Below are positions 1-9,673 of a stretch of 64,000 nucleotides of DNA, one piece after another. The notes below the pieces were generated by a model. That model was given only the letters and a program-made list of their open reading frames with translations. It was not told where the DNA came from and did no database searches. The DNA comes from Planctomycetota bacterium (lineage in GTDB: Bacteria; Planctomycetota; J058): the NCBI GenBank assembly GCA_019636275.1, contig JAHBXY010000034.1, positions 4,002-68,001 on the forward strand, written 5' to 3'. The position numbers and the translations under genes were made by a program. Numbering within the stretch: the first letter of the stretch is position 1; every line of letters starts with the position of its first letter.

Positions 1-53
1 GCAGGCCGTGGTAAACCAGGCGCCGCCGGCGCCCGCCGGCGGAGAGCGCGCCC

Positions 54-335
54 ATGATCGGCCCCCCCATGATCGGCCCAGATGACCGCCACCCCCCGTC
101 GATCTCCGGGCGCGTGCGCGGCCTCCTCGCCGACGTGGCCGGCGTCGATGCCGATGGGGTCGTGCCCGAGGCGCGGTTCGACGACCTGGGCGTCGACTCG
201 GTCACCGCGGCGGCGCTCCTGGGCCGCCTCGAGGAGGCCTTCGACGTGACCATCACGCCCGAGGACGCCCTGCACCTGACGACGGTCGGGGCGGTCGTGC
301 GCTACGTGTCGCGCCACGCCCGGTGCGACCGGTGA
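54..335 (+). CDS. acyl carrier protein-like (phosphopantetheine attachment site DLGVDS)
   Basis: 93-aa ORF. It has the DLGVDSV motif typical of the ACP serine attachment site and lies immediately upstream of an AMP-ligase. A 13-nt duplication (ccatgatcggccc x2) at the 5' end makes the start uncertain. Confidence 0.55.
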   Translation: MIGPPMIGPDDRHPPSISGRVRGLLADVAGVDADGVVPEARFDDLGVDSVTAAALLGRLEEAFDVTITPEDALHLTTVGAVVRYVSRHARCDR

Positions 336-345
336 GCGGCGGCGC

Positions 346-2028
346 GTGCCCACGTCGATGACCCTGGACGTCGCGTCGGAGGTCGAGGCGCTCTACTTCG
401 GGGCGGCCGCCGCGCGCGGCCCGCGCGCGCTGACGCTCCTGGCCTCGCGCCCGGGCGGCCCCGCCGTCCGCGTGCCACACGACGACCTCCTGGCCCGCGC
501 CCGCGGCGCCGCCGCCGGCCTCGCCGCCTCGGGCCGCATCCGCGCGGGCGAGCCGTTCCTGCTCGTCGCGTCGACCGGCATCGAGGAGGTGACGACCTTC
601 CTCGGCGGCCTGCTCCTGGGCGCGCTGCCGGCGCCGTTCGCCCCGCCGGCGGGCCTCGTCGGCCTCGACGGCTGGGTGCGCCGCGTCGAGCGCACGGCCG
701 CCGCCCTGGGCGCCACGGCCGTCGTCGGGCGGGCGGGCACGCTCGAGTTCCTGGCCACGCACGGCGTCGACCTGCCGACGGTCGACCTCGGCGCCCTGCC
801 GGCCGACGGCCCGCCGCGACCGGACGTGACCGCCGGCCCGGCCTACGTCCAGCTCACCTCGGGCAGCACCGCCGACCCGCGCGGCGTGCTCGTCGGCCAC
901 GCGCACGTGGCCGCCAACGTGCACATGATCGGCTGGGGCTCGGACGTGCGCGCCGACGACCGCGTGGCCTCGTGGCTGCCGCTCTACCACGACATGGGCC
1001 TCGTCGGCACGGTGCTCTTCTCGCTCTACTGGGGCCTCGACCTGGCGCTCCTGCCCCCGCAGGCCTTCCTGGCCCGGCCGGCGAGCTGGCTCGAGGCGAT
1101 CTCGCGCCACCGCTGCACCCTCTCGCCCGCGCCGGCCTTCGCCTTCCCCTACGCCGCGCACCGCGTGAAGGACGAGGAGGTCCAGGGCCTCGACCTCTCC
1201 TCGTGGCGGATCGCCTACTGCGGCGCCGAGCCGATCCACCCGCGCGGGGTCGAGCGCTTCACGCGCCGCTTCGCCCCGCAGGGCCTCTCGCCCGGCGTCG
1301 TGTTCCCCTGCTACGGGCTGGCCGAGGCCACGCTCGCCGTGACGTTCGCCCCGCCCGGGCGCGGCGTGGTCGAGGTGGCCGTCTCGCGGCGCCGCCTGGC
1401 CGCGGGCGAGGTGGCCCCGCCCGAGGACGAGGTCGACCGCCTGGACCTGGTGAAGAACGGCCGGCCGCTGCCGGAGCTCGAGGTCGAGGTGCGCGACGAC
1501 GACGGCCGCCCGGCCCCGCCCGGCCGCACGGGCGCCGTGTTCGTGCGCGGCGCCAGCGTGACCACGGGCTACCTGCGCGACGAGGCGGCGACCCGCGCCG
1601 CGTTCGGGGCCGACGGCTGGCTCGACACGGGCGACCTGGGCGCCTTCGTCGACGGCGAGCTCGTCGTCGTCGGCCGGCGCAAGGACCTCATCATCGTCCG
1701 CGGGCGCAACCACGCCGCGATCGACCTGGAGTGGGCCGCCCTGACGGTCGAGGGCGTGCGCCCCGGCGCCGCCGCGGCCTTCGCCGTCCCCGACGCCGAG
1801 GAGGGGACCGAGGCGGCCGTCGTGGCCCTCGAGGTCGCCGCCGACGAGAGCGACTGGTCGCGCGGGGCGATCGCCGCGCAGGTGCAGGACGTGGTCCTGG
1901 CGCGCACGGGCCTGCGCCTGCGCGAGGTGCTCCTCCTGCCGCCGGGGACGCTCCCCAAGACGACCAGCGGGAAGGTGCAGCGCGCGCGGGCGCGGGCGCT
2001 TCACCTCGAGGGAGCCCTGCACCCATGA
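346..2028 (+). CDS. fatty-acyl-AMP ligase / AMP-dependent synthetase-ligase
   Basis: 560 aa. AMP-binding motifs are present: [20 protein letters not shown]...[14 protein letters not shown], and a C-terminal [11 protein letters not shown]. Its stop overlaps the dut start (ATGA). Confidence 0.8.
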   Translation: MPTSMTLDVASEVEALYFGAAAARGPRALTLLASRPGGPAVRVPHDDLLARARGAAAGLAASGRIRAGEPFLLVASTGIEEVTTFLGGLLLGALPAPFAPPAGLVGLDGWVRRVERTAAALGATAVVGRAGTLEFLATHGVDLPTVDLGALPADGPPRPDVTAGPAYVQLTSGSTADPRGVLVGHAHVAANVHMIGWGSDVRADDRVASWLPLYHDMGLVGTVLFSLYWGLDLALLPPQAFLARPASWLEAISRHRCTLSPAPAFAFPYAAHRVKDEEVQGLDLSSWRIAYCGAEPIHPRGVERFTRRFAPQGLSPGVVFPCYGLAEATLAVTFAPPGRGVVEVAVSRRRLAAGEVAPPEDEVDRLDLVKNGRPLPELEVEVRDDDGRPAPPGRTGAVFVRGASVTTGYLRDEAATRAAFGADGWLDTGDLGAFVDGELVVVGRRKDLIIVRGRNHAAIDLEWAALTVEGVRPGAAAAFAVPDAEEGTEAAVVALEVAADESDWSRGAIAAQVQDVVLARTGLRLREVLLLPPGTLPKTTSGKVQRARARALHLEGALHP

Positions 2029-2480
2029 CCGAGCTCGAGGTCGAGCGCCTCCCCCACGCGGCCGACCTGCCCCTGCCGCGCTACATGTCGGCGCGCGCCG
2101 CCGGCCTCGACCTGCACGCGGCCGTGGCCGCCCCGCTCGTCCTGGCGCCGGGCGCGCGCGCGCTCGTGCCCACGGGCTTGAGGCTCGGGCTCCCGCCCGG
2201 CCACGAGGGCCAGGTGCGCCCGCGCAGCGGGCTGGCCCTGCGCGAGGGCGTCACCGTCCTCAACGCGCCGGGGACGATCGACGAAGACTTCTCCGGGGAA
2301 GTGCAGGTGCTCCTCGTGAACCTGGGGCAGGCGCCGTTCACGGTCGAGCGCGGGCTGCGCGTAGCGCAGCTCGTCGTCGCGCCCGTGACGCACGTGGTCG
2401 TGCGCGAGGTCGCGGCCGTCCGCGCGTCGTCGGCCCACGGCGGCCGCGGCGCGGGCGGCTTCGGCAGCACGGGGACGTGA
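2025..2480 (+). CDS. dut: dUTP diphosphatase
   Basis: 151 aa. It has all the dUTPase motifs: [23 protein letters not shown] and the C-terminal [10 protein letters not shown]. The ATG overlaps the upstream stop. Confidence 0.9.
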   Translation: MTELEVERLPHAADLPLPRYMSARAAGLDLHAAVAAPLVLAPGARALVPTGLRLGLPPGHEGQVRPRSGLALREGVTVLNAPGTIDEDFSGEVQVLLVNLGQAPFTVERGLRVAQLVVAPVTHVVVREVAAVRASSAHGGRGAGGFGSTGT

Positions 2481-3394
2481 CGCCGGGCGCGGGGCGCTGG
2501 CTGCTCCGCGTCGACTGGAGCGACGAGACGCGGGACCTCGCGTGGGCCGAGGCGCTGGCCCTCGGCGCGCGCCCGGGCCCGGCCCCCGGCCTCGTGTGGG
2601 CCGACGCCGGCGCGCCCGACGGCGCCGCGTTCCTCCTCGGCGCGGGCGAGGTCGTCGCCGCGGGCCCGCCCGGCGGGCCGGTCGCGCCCATGGTCGAGGA
2701 GGCCCGCGTGGTGCAGGTCCCGCGCGGCCCCTGGAAGGCGCGCGGCAGCCCGCTCGACCTCCTGGCGACGCTGGGCTGGCGGACGCGCTACGAGCCCTCG
2801 AGCCGCGCCCCGCGCCCCGACCGGCCGGCGTTCGTCCTCTACCCGACGGCCGCCGGCTGGTGGCTCGTGCGCGCCACCGGCGCGCCGCGCTGGGTCGAGC
2901 CGGCGCTCGTCCACCGCACGAGCACGAGCCTGCCCTCGCGGCTGGCGCGCGCCGTGGTGAACCTGGTCGCCCGCCCGGGCGACCGCGTCCTCGACCCCGT
3001 GTGCGGCACGGGCGTGCTCCTCGTCGAGGCCGCCCGCCGGGGCTGCCGGGCCACCGGCGGCGACACGAGCCCCAAGGCCGCCTGGCGGGCGCGCGCCAAC
3101 CTGCGCGCGCTCGGGCTCGAGGCCACGGCCGAGGTGCGCGACGCCCTCACCCGCGACGACGGGCCCTACGACGCCGTCGTGGGCGACCTGCCCTACGGGC
3201 TCCGGCTCGCGCACCACGACCTGGCGCCCTTCGCCCGCGCCCTCCCGCGGCTCGGCCGACGCTGGGCGCTCGTGGCCCACCTCGACCTCTCCGCCGACCT
3301 CTCCCGTCACGGGCGCGCCCCGCGCCTGGTCGTGCGGGTGCCCAAGTCGACGTTCTGCAGGTACGTTCACGTCGGTGAAGAGCCGACCGCGTAG
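2477..3394 (+). CDS. SAM-dependent RNA/DNA methyltransferase (N6-adenine/guanine-N2 methylase family, THUMP-like N-terminus)
   Basis: 305 aa. It has the SAM motif I ([15 protein letters not shown]) and a DLPYG motif (the D/N-PP-Y/F equivalent). GTG start in a GTGA overlap with dut. Confidence 0.6.
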   Translation: MTPGAGRWLLRVDWSDETRDLAWAEALALGARPGPAPGLVWADAGAPDGAAFLLGAGEVVAAGPPGGPVAPMVEEARVVQVPRGPWKARGSPLDLLATLGWRTRYEPSSRAPRPDRPAFVLYPTAAGWWLVRATGAPRWVEPALVHRTSTSLPSRLARAVVNLVARPGDRVLDPVCGTGVLLVEAARRGCRATGGDTSPKAAWRARANLRALGLEATAEVRDALTRDDGPYDAVVGDLPYGLRLAHHDLAPFARALPRLGRRWALVAHLDLSADLSRHGRAPRLVVRVPKSTFCRYVHVGEEPTA

Positions 3395-5006
3395 CCCCGC
3401 CCTGCTCGTCCTCCTGGCCCTCGTCGCCGTGACGGGCTGCCGGACGCCGGGCGAGTTCGACCTGACCGACCGCACGCGCCCCACGCCCGCGCCGGTGGCC
3501 CTCCGCGCCGGCACCGGCGAGGTCGTGTTCACGCCGCCGCTGGGCTACCCGCTGGGCGGCTTCGGCGGCGGCGCGCGCCGCGCCGAGTGGCCGCTTTACT
3601 TCGGCATGGGCTGGCCCGGGCGCGCCTCGCTCTGGTGGCGCCAGCGCCGAAACGAGGAGGGCCCCGACCGCGCCAGCATGCTCGTCCCGGCCCGCGGCGT
3701 CCACGACGAGCTCACGGCGCGCGCGCTCGTGCTCCGGCCCGCGCACGGCCCGCCCGTGGCGCTCGTGCGCATCGACGCGATCGCCACCACGCGCGAGCTG
3801 CACGACCTCGTCGTCGAGGGCCTCGCCGGCCTCGGCTACCAGCAGAGCACGGTCCTGCTCGCGGCGACGCACACCCACTCGGGCGTCGGCGCCTTCCACC
3901 GCGCGCCGCTGGCGCGCGCGATCGGCATGGACAACTTCCGCCCGGAGGTCGAGGCGCTGATCGCGTCGGCCTGCGTGCGCGCCGTGCGCGAGGCTCACGC
4001 CGCCGCGCGCCCGGCGGCGCTGGGCGTCGGCCGCGCCCGCGACGAGGGGCCCGACGGCCCGCAGGTGGCGCGCAACCGCGCCGGCCTGCCCGAGGACGCG
4101 ATCGACCCCGAGGTGCTGCTCCTGCGCGTCGACGACCTCGAGGCCGGGGCGCCCATGGCGGTCGTCCTCAACTACGCCGTGCACGGGACCGTGCTCGGGC
4201 AGAAGAACCTGCACTTCAGCGGCGACGTCGCCGACGGGATCGAGGACGCGCTGGGCGCGCGGCTCGGCGGCGTGCCGGTGCTGTTCCTCAACGGGGCCGA
4301 GGGCGACATCGCCCCGGCGCGCCCCGACGGGTCGGGCGGCCTGGAGCGCATCCGCGCCCTCGGCGAGCGCATGGCCGACCTCGTGGCGCCGGCGGTGGCG
4401 GCGATCGAGACCAGCCCGGCGGCGCGCCTGGTCACGGCCACGGCCGACCTCGAGATGGGCGACGCCCACATCGTCTTCTCGCCCGCGCGCACCCGGTTCC
4501 TCGACGCCTACCGGCATCCCGCGTCGTACCTGCTCGAGCCGCTGACGCTGCCGGTCAACGCCGTCCTGTGGGTGGCCGGGCTGACGAACGTGCGCACGCG
4601 GCTCACCTACGGCCTGGCGCCCGGCATGGTCGTCGACCTCGACGGGCTGGTCGGCCGGACGCGCACGCGCGTCGGCGGGCTGCGCGTGATGACCGCCCGC
4701 GACGACGTCGCCTTCCTCTGCGTGCCCGGCGAGGCCACCCACGACGTGGGCCTCTCGCTCAAGGCCGCCGCCGCCGCGCGCGGGGCCACGGCGACCTTCG
4801 TCGTCGGCCTGGCCCTCGACCACATCGGCTACGTCGCCAGCGAGGCGCAGTACGTCGCCGGGCGCTACGAGGCGCGCCTGACCCTCTTCGGCCCCGAGAC
4901 GTCGCGGCGCGTCGAGCGGGCGCTGGGGCGGATCCTGACCGCGCTGGGCTACCCGTCGCACGTCGGCCAGGCCGACGCGGCGGCGGCCCCGGCCGGCGGG
5001 TCGTGA
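3375..5006 (+). CDS. neutral/alkaline ceramidase-family lipoprotein
   Basis: Signal peptide plus lipobox (LALVAVTGC). Blocks resemble bacterial neutral ceramidase: GTGEVVFTPP, GVHDELTARALVL and LLAATHTHSG (the His-rich active-site block). GTG start overlaps the upstream gene by 20 nt. Confidence 0.55.
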   Translation: MKSRPRSPALLVLLALVAVTGCRTPGEFDLTDRTRPTPAPVALRAGTGEVVFTPPLGYPLGGFGGGARRAEWPLYFGMGWPGRASLWWRQRRNEEGPDRASMLVPARGVHDELTARALVLRPAHGPPVALVRIDAIATTRELHDLVVEGLAGLGYQQSTVLLAATHTHSGVGAFHRAPLARAIGMDNFRPEVEALIASACVRAVREAHAAARPAALGVGRARDEGPDGPQVARNRAGLPEDAIDPEVLLLRVDDLEAGAPMAVVLNYAVHGTVLGQKNLHFSGDVADGIEDALGARLGGVPVLFLNGAEGDIAPARPDGSGGLERIRALGERMADLVAPAVAAIETSPAARLVTATADLEMGDAHIVFSPARTRFLDAYRHPASYLLEPLTLPVNAVLWVAGLTNVRTRLTYGLAPGMVVDLDGLVGRTRTRVGGLRVMTARDDVAFLCVPGEATHDVGLSLKAAAAARGATATFVVGLALDHIGYVASEAQYVAGRYEARLTLFGPETSRRVERALGRILTALGYPSHVGQADAAAAPAGGS

Positions 5007-5037
5007 GCCCGTCGGCCCCGCCTGGTATGACGGGCGG

Positions 5038-6046
5038 CCGCGAGGGGGCCGTCGTGATCGTCGCGGGCTTGGACGAGGCGGGCTACGGGCCGAAGCTGGG
5101 CCCGCTGACGGTGGGCTGGACGGCGTTCCAGCTCGCGCCCGCCCGCGGGCGCGCGCCGGCGACGCCGCCCTGCCTGTGGGAGAAGCTCGGCGCGGCCGTG
5201 CGCGGCCAGGGCGACGGCGACCCGGCCAAGCTGTGGGTGGCCGACAGCAAGGCGATCAAGCCGCGCAAGGACGGGCTCAAGCAGCTCGAGCTGGCGCTCC
5301 TGGCCTTCGTCGGCAGCCGCGCCGGCGCGGCGCGCGGGGGGGCGCCCGCGCCGGCCACGCTGGCGGCGCTGCTCGAGGCGCTCGGCCAGCCGGCGGCGCG
5401 CTACGCGGAGATCCCCTGGTACGGCGACCTCGGCGGCGTGCGCGTCCCCGCCTGGTCGTGGTCGGGCGAGGTGGCCGCGCGCGCCCTGCGCCTGGTCGAG
5501 TGCGGCGCGCGCGCCGGCGTGACCTTCGCCGGGGCGGGCGTGCGCGTGCTCGACGAGCACGTCTACAACCGGCAGGTCGCGGCCACGCAGAACAAGGCGG
5601 CCGTGCTCGGCGACACGTTCGTCGACCTCGCCCGGCAGCTCCGCGCCGCGTTCGAGGGCCCGATCGACCTCGCCTGCGACAAGCAGGGCGGCCGCGCCGC
5701 CTACACCGACCTGCTCGCGCGCGCCTTCCCCGGCTGCCCGCTCGTGGTCGACCACGAGGAGCCGGAGCTCTCGCGCTACCGCGTCGAGACGCCGCGCGGC
5801 CCGCTCCGGGTGACCTTCCGCCCCGAGGCCGAGCGGACGAGCCTGCCCGTGGCGCTGGCGTCGATGATGTGCAAGTACCTGCGCGAGATGTTCATGCTGC
5901 GCCTCAACGAGTGGTTCGGCGCGCGGGTCCCCGGGATCGAGCCCACGGCCGGCTACGGCAGCGACGCCACGCGCTGGCTCGTCGACGTCCAGCCGGCGCT
6001 GCCGCGGCTGGGGGTCCCCCTCGATGCGCTCGTCCGCAGCAGGTGA
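5038..6046 (+). CDS. hypothetical protein with RNase HII-like motifs (GLDEAGYGP ... DSKAIKPR)
   Basis: 336 aa. GLDEAGYGPKLGPL resembles the type-2 RNase H motif I, and a DSK motif follows. It is longer than canonical RnhB, so the assignment is tentative. Confidence 0.35.
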
Positions 6047-6062
6047 GGGTAGGATTCCGGCC

Positions 6063-6638
6063 ATGCGCCGCGCGCTCGTCGTCCTGGCCCTCCTCGCCGG
6101 CTGCGCCGCCGACCCGGCCCCGCGCCGGCCGCTCGAGCCCACGCCGATCCCCGACCCGCCCGCCCCGGCGCCGACGCCGGTCGTCTCGCCCGACGAGGTC
6201 GTGGGCCAGCCCACGACGGTCGATTTGACGACGCCCGACGTCGCCGGGTGGGAGGACGCGACCGAGGGCGAGGCCGCCACGCTGGTCTACGTGACCGAGC
6301 AGGGGCGCCGCGACCGGGCGCAGGCGGCGGCGATCGTCTTCTCGAGCGACCCGAAGCACCCGCACTTCCAGCGGCGCAGCACCAGCCGCGTCACCGTGCA
6401 GCGGGTCACGCGCGCCGACATGACCGCGCTCCTGCGCGACCTCGCCGCGCTGGGCCTCGAGCGCCTGCCCTGGGCGGCGCAGGCGTTCGATGAGGAGATC
6501 GGCCCCGAGCGCGCGCTCTACCTCTACCGCGGCGGCCGGCGCACGCACGTCGAGAAGGACACGCTCCCCGACCCGGCGCGCCAGACGTTCACCGCGCTCG
6601 AGCGGCGCCTCGTGCAAGCGACGCTCGCGACTCGGTAG
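6063..6638 (+). CDS. lipoprotein, unknown function
   Basis: Has a signal peptide with lipobox LLAGC. The N-terminus is Pro-rich. Confidence 0.5.
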   Translation: MRRALVVLALLAGCAADPAPRRPLEPTPIPDPPAPAPTPVVSPDEVVGQPTTVDLTTPDVAGWEDATEGEAATLVYVTEQGRRDRAQAAAIVFSSDPKHPHFQRRSTSRVTVQRVTRADMTALLRDLAALGLERLPWAAQAFDEEIGPERALYLYRGGRRTHVEKDTLPDPARQTFTALERRLVQATLATR

Positions 6639-6745
6639 CCTGGATCATGCATGAGCCATGCAACCGCCAAGAACGGCCGACAACAGGCAGGATCGTGAAC
6701 AGGCCTTCGTTCTCACGAGTGTTCGCGCCGCGACACGCCCAAGGC

Positions 6746-6954
6746 GAAGAATTGAACCGCCAAGACGCCACTCGGTCGCTGACCCGGGACCCGCTTCGCG
6801 GGTCCCGGGTCAGCGACCGAGCGCCAAGGGTGTGAGAGATGCTCCGCCACAAGCTCTTCGTTCTTACCTACTTTCCTCCCTTGGCGCGCGCGCACGCGGG
6901 GACCCGCGAAGCGGGTCCCCGCGTGCGCGCGTGGCGTCTTGGCGGTTCAATTCT
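6746..6954. repeat. nested palindromic element: 24-bp perfect outer inverted repeats enclosing two long perfect hairpins (24-bp and 21-bp stems) and a 9-bp inner inverted repeat
   Basis: The outer repeat gaagaattgaaccgccaagacgcc (6746-6769) is the reverse complement of 6931-6954. Hairpin 1 is ctcggtcgctgacccgggacccgc-ttc-gcgggtcccgggtcagcgaccgag (6771-6821). Hairpin 2 is cgcgcgcacgcggggacccgc-gaa-gcgggtccccgcgtgcgcgcg (6886-6930). Both hairpins share the core GGGACCCGC/GCGGGTCCC. An inner inverted repeat cgccaaggg/cccttggcg is also present. The element lies in a local low-GC intergenic region. Confidence 0.85.
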
Positions 6955-7110
6955 TCTTCTTCTGCCAGAGCTTTGCGGTGCTCGTGAGTAATCCCGGCTA
7001 GACGGCTGCGGTCGCGGATGCCGGTCAGGCTGCGGGGTCTGCGCGGTCGGCCCTGGCCAGGGGCCGCGCCGGAGCGGGTCCGCGGCGGTGTGCTAGAGTC
7101 GGCCGCCCAC

Positions 7111-7845
7111 ATGACCAGCCCCACGCCCACCCGCGCCGACTTCGCCCGCCTGCCCGAGGCCGTGGCGATCATCATGGACGGCAACGGGCGCTGGGCGCAG
7201 GAGCGCGGGCTGCCGCGCTTCAAGGGGCACGAGGTCGGCGCCGAGAGCGTGCGCGCCGTCACGCGCGAGTGCGCGCGGCTGGGGATCGGCGAGCTGACGC
7301 TCTACGCCTTCTCGACCGAGAACTGGCGCCGCTCCGAGCAGGAGGTGGCGCTCCTCATGGCGCTCCTCGAGCGCTACCTGGTCGAGGAGCGGCGCGAGAT
7401 CATGGACAACGGGATCGTCTTCCGCGCCGTCGGCGAGCTCGAGCGGCTCCCGGCGGCGGTGCAGCGGGAGTACGAGACCACCCGCGCCATGAGCGAGGGC
7501 AACGACGGGATGGTCCTGCGCCTGGCGCTCTCCTACGGCGGCCGCCGCGAGCTCCTGCACGCGGCGCAGAAGGTCGCCCGCCTGGCCGTCGCCGAGGGCC
7601 TCGAGGCGGTCGAGCGCCTGGGCGAGGACGACCTGCGCCAGTTCCTCTACGACCCGTCCATGCGCGACCCCGACCTCATGATCCGCACGGCGGGCGAGCT
7701 GCGCGTGTCGAACTTCCTCCTCTGGCAGGCCAGCTACGCCGAGCTCTACGTGGCCGACGTGGCCTGGCCCGACTTCCGCGAGGCCGCCCTGCACCAGGCG
7801 CTGCGCGCCTACGGCGCGCGCGAGCGGCGCTTCGGCGGCGTGTAG
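7111..7845 (+). CDS. uppS: di-trans,poly-cis-undecaprenyl-diphosphate synthase
   Basis: Motifs IIMDGNGRWA, LTLYAFSTENWRR and RTAGELRVSNFLLWQ are the canonical UPP synthase blocks. Confidence 0.9.
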   Translation: MTSPTPTRADFARLPEAVAIIMDGNGRWAQERGLPRFKGHEVGAESVRAVTRECARLGIGELTLYAFSTENWRRSEQEVALLMALLERYLVEERREIMDNGIVFRAVGELERLPAAVQREYETTRAMSEGNDGMVLRLALSYGGRRELLHAAQKVARLAVAEGLEAVERLGEDDLRQFLYDPSMRDPDLMIRTAGELRVSNFLLWQASYAELYVADVAWPDFREAALHQALRAYGARERRFGGV

Positions 7846-7851
7846 CCGGTC

Positions 7852-7912
7852 ACCGGTCACCGCCCACCGGTCACCGGTCACCGTGCGCGCCACCGCCCGC
7901 GCCGGGGTGTCC
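7852..7912. repeat. dispersed ~55-bp GC-rich repeat (ccggtcaccggtcaccgccc...caccgtgcgcgccaccgcccgcgccggg), copy 1
   Basis: Near-identical sequence recurs at 45172-45232. Copy 1 carries an extra 'accggtcaccggtc' insert. It sits immediately after the uppS stop. Confidence 0.6.
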
Positions 7913-8268
7913 GGCGCGCCGCTGCCAGGGCCGCCCGCGGCGTGGGCTCCGGTCGGGGCACCCCCGGTCCGCGGCCAGGACGGCCAGGAAGAGGGCCGTG
8001 AGCGGCCCTCGTCGTGGCCGTCGGCCGCCGCGGCCCCGACGAGCGGCGCGCGGGTGCCATCTCCCCGGCCGTCAGCGGTGCCGCGCGGCGAGCGTTGGCG
8101 CGACCCAGGCGTCCTGGTCACGCGGCAGCTCGCCGGCCAAGAGAGCCGCGGTTGCCCGGCGAGGCTTCGCCGAAGCCGCCGCGCCCGCGCGACTTGAGAA
8201 GTTGTGAGCTTCCGCTTGCAAGATCGGCGCGGCGGAGCCACAACCCATCGCGGCGCGGGGGGAACACC

Positions 8269-9255
8269 ATGAGCACGCTTCGCAGGCTCGTCCTGCTCGT
8301 CATGGGCGCAGGGCTCGTGACGATCGGGCCGTACATTGCCTCGACCCGGGCGGCTCCCGGGCGGGAGTCGATCCAGTATCAGGGCCGTCTGGTGGACGCC
8401 AACGGCGTTCCGCTGGAAGGCACGATCTCCCGTCTGAGCTTCAGGCTGTACTCCACAGCCGCCCCGTCCTCGGCTTCCTTCGTCTGGGGCGAGGTCCACG
8501 AGGACGTCCCGGTGAGCCGGGGGGTCTTCACGGTGTTGCTCGGCGCTGGCAGCAAGAGGCTCGACGCCGCCGGCGTCGAAACGCCGGGCAGGAACGCATT
8601 CAGCACCGAGTTCGACGGCGGCGCGCCACGCTTCGTCCAGGTCCAGGTCGACGGGGACGCGCCGCTCTCGCCGCTCTCCCCGCTGGCGAGCGTCCCCTAC
8701 GCCATGAGCGCGGGTGGGTCGGTGCCCGTCGGGACCGTGCTCCCTTGGTGGCCACCAGCGCCCGGCGCCGCCGTCCCCGACGGGTTCGAGCTCTGCGACG
8801 GGACGCCCGTGGTGACGCCGGGCCCGCTGCACGGGTTCGCCAAGCCCGACCTGATGGGATCGCCACGGTTCATTCGCGGTCTGCCCCTCGCAGCGCTGCC
8901 GGGGTTCGGCGGCGGTAGCTCGTTCGTCACCGGCGGTGTCGACGCCACGCCGGCGCACTCGCACGACGTCGCGCCCCACAGCCATTCGATCCCGTTCCAG
9001 GGCGACCACTCACACCTCGTGCAGGGAAACACGAACTCGCCGTCACAGCAGATCGTGTTCGTCGGGACGAACAACCTGCAACCCTTCTGGATCGCCCACG
9101 ACCACACGCACCCCATCAACGTGCAGTCGCAGCCAGGTGGCGGCCACAATCACGGCGGCCAGACAGGCAACGCGAGCGCTTCGACCAGCGCAGCCGGAGC
9201 CCACGACAACCGTCCTGCGTTCGTCGAGCTCGCGTTCATCGTCCGCGTTCGCTGA
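8269..9255 (+). CDS. secreted phage tail-collar (MdpB-like) domain protein with His-rich C-terminus
   Basis: N-terminal signal peptide. The block VPVGTVLPWWPPAPGAAVPDGFELCDGTPV matches the tail-collar domain signature. The C-terminus is rich in HxH/HDH motifs and ends with PAFVELAFIVRVR. Confidence 0.65.
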   Translation: MSTLRRLVLLVMGAGLVTIGPYIASTRAAPGRESIQYQGRLVDANGVPLEGTISRLSFRLYSTAAPSSASFVWGEVHEDVPVSRGVFTVLLGAGSKRLDAAGVETPGRNAFSTEFDGGAPRFVQVQVDGDAPLSPLSPLASVPYAMSAGGSVPVGTVLPWWPPAPGAAVPDGFELCDGTPVVTPGPLHGFAKPDLMGSPRFIRGLPLAALPGFGGGSSFVTGGVDATPAHSHDVAPHSHSIPFQGDHSHLVQGNTNSPSQQIVFVGTNNLQPFWIAHDHTHPINVQSQPGGGHNHGGQTGNASASTSAAGAHDNRPAFVELAFIVRVR

Positions 9256-9281
9256 CCCCTGATCCACCACGGGAGCCTCCC

Positions 9282-9668
9282 ATGACTCGCTTCGCGACGA
9301 GCGTCGCCGGTGTCTGTCTGTGTCTGTGCATCCTGCTCGCACAGCCGAGGACCGCGTCCGGCGGCGATCCGCAGGTGCGCGAGGCCGTCGAGGCATACGC
9401 GGCCGCGCTGACGGCGTGCGACAGGCCTGCCCTGGCAGTCTGCACGGCCCCTCCGCTGCTCGGCCGGCTCGACCCTCGCCTCTCCTCGTGCACCGGACCA
9501 GGCCAACTCGGCAGCTTCCGACGAGCGCAGCACGAGACCGCCCTCGAGCCGAACCTCGTGCTCGCCACGCTGGTGTGGACGCGGCCAGACGGGGTCGAGA
9601 CGGGCATGTTCGTCACGGTCAAGCACGACGGAGCGCGCTGGCTCGTCACCGGCTGCGACGTGCCGTAG
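9282..9668 (+). CDS. small secreted Cys-containing protein, unknown function
   Basis: 128 aa with a signal peptide (VAGVCLCLCILLAQP). Lies between the tail-collar gene and the RHS operon. Confidence 0.45.
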   Translation: MTRFATSVAGVCLCLCILLAQPRTASGGDPQVREAVEAYAAALTACDRPALAVCTAPPLLGRLDPRLSSCTGPGQLGSFRRAQHETALEPNLVLATLVWTRPDGVETGMFVTVKHDGARWLVTGCDVP

Positions 9669-9673
9669 CCGCG

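Noticed and set aside
253-2022. 589-aa minus-strand ORF antisense to the AMP-ligase (Arg/Ala/Gly-rich translation)
   Set aside because: Its composition is typical of a non-coding frame in >70% GC DNA. It lies fully inside a well-supported plus-strand gene.
972-2480. 502-aa plus-strand ORF spanning FAAL and dut in another frame
   Set aside because: Only its last 151 aa (dut) are real. The upstream part is a GC-driven open frame overlapping the FAAL gene.
3587-6046. 819-aa ORF
   Set aside because: It reads out-of-frame through the ceramidase-like gene (Arg/Pro-rich). Only the 3' third (from 5038) is protein-like.
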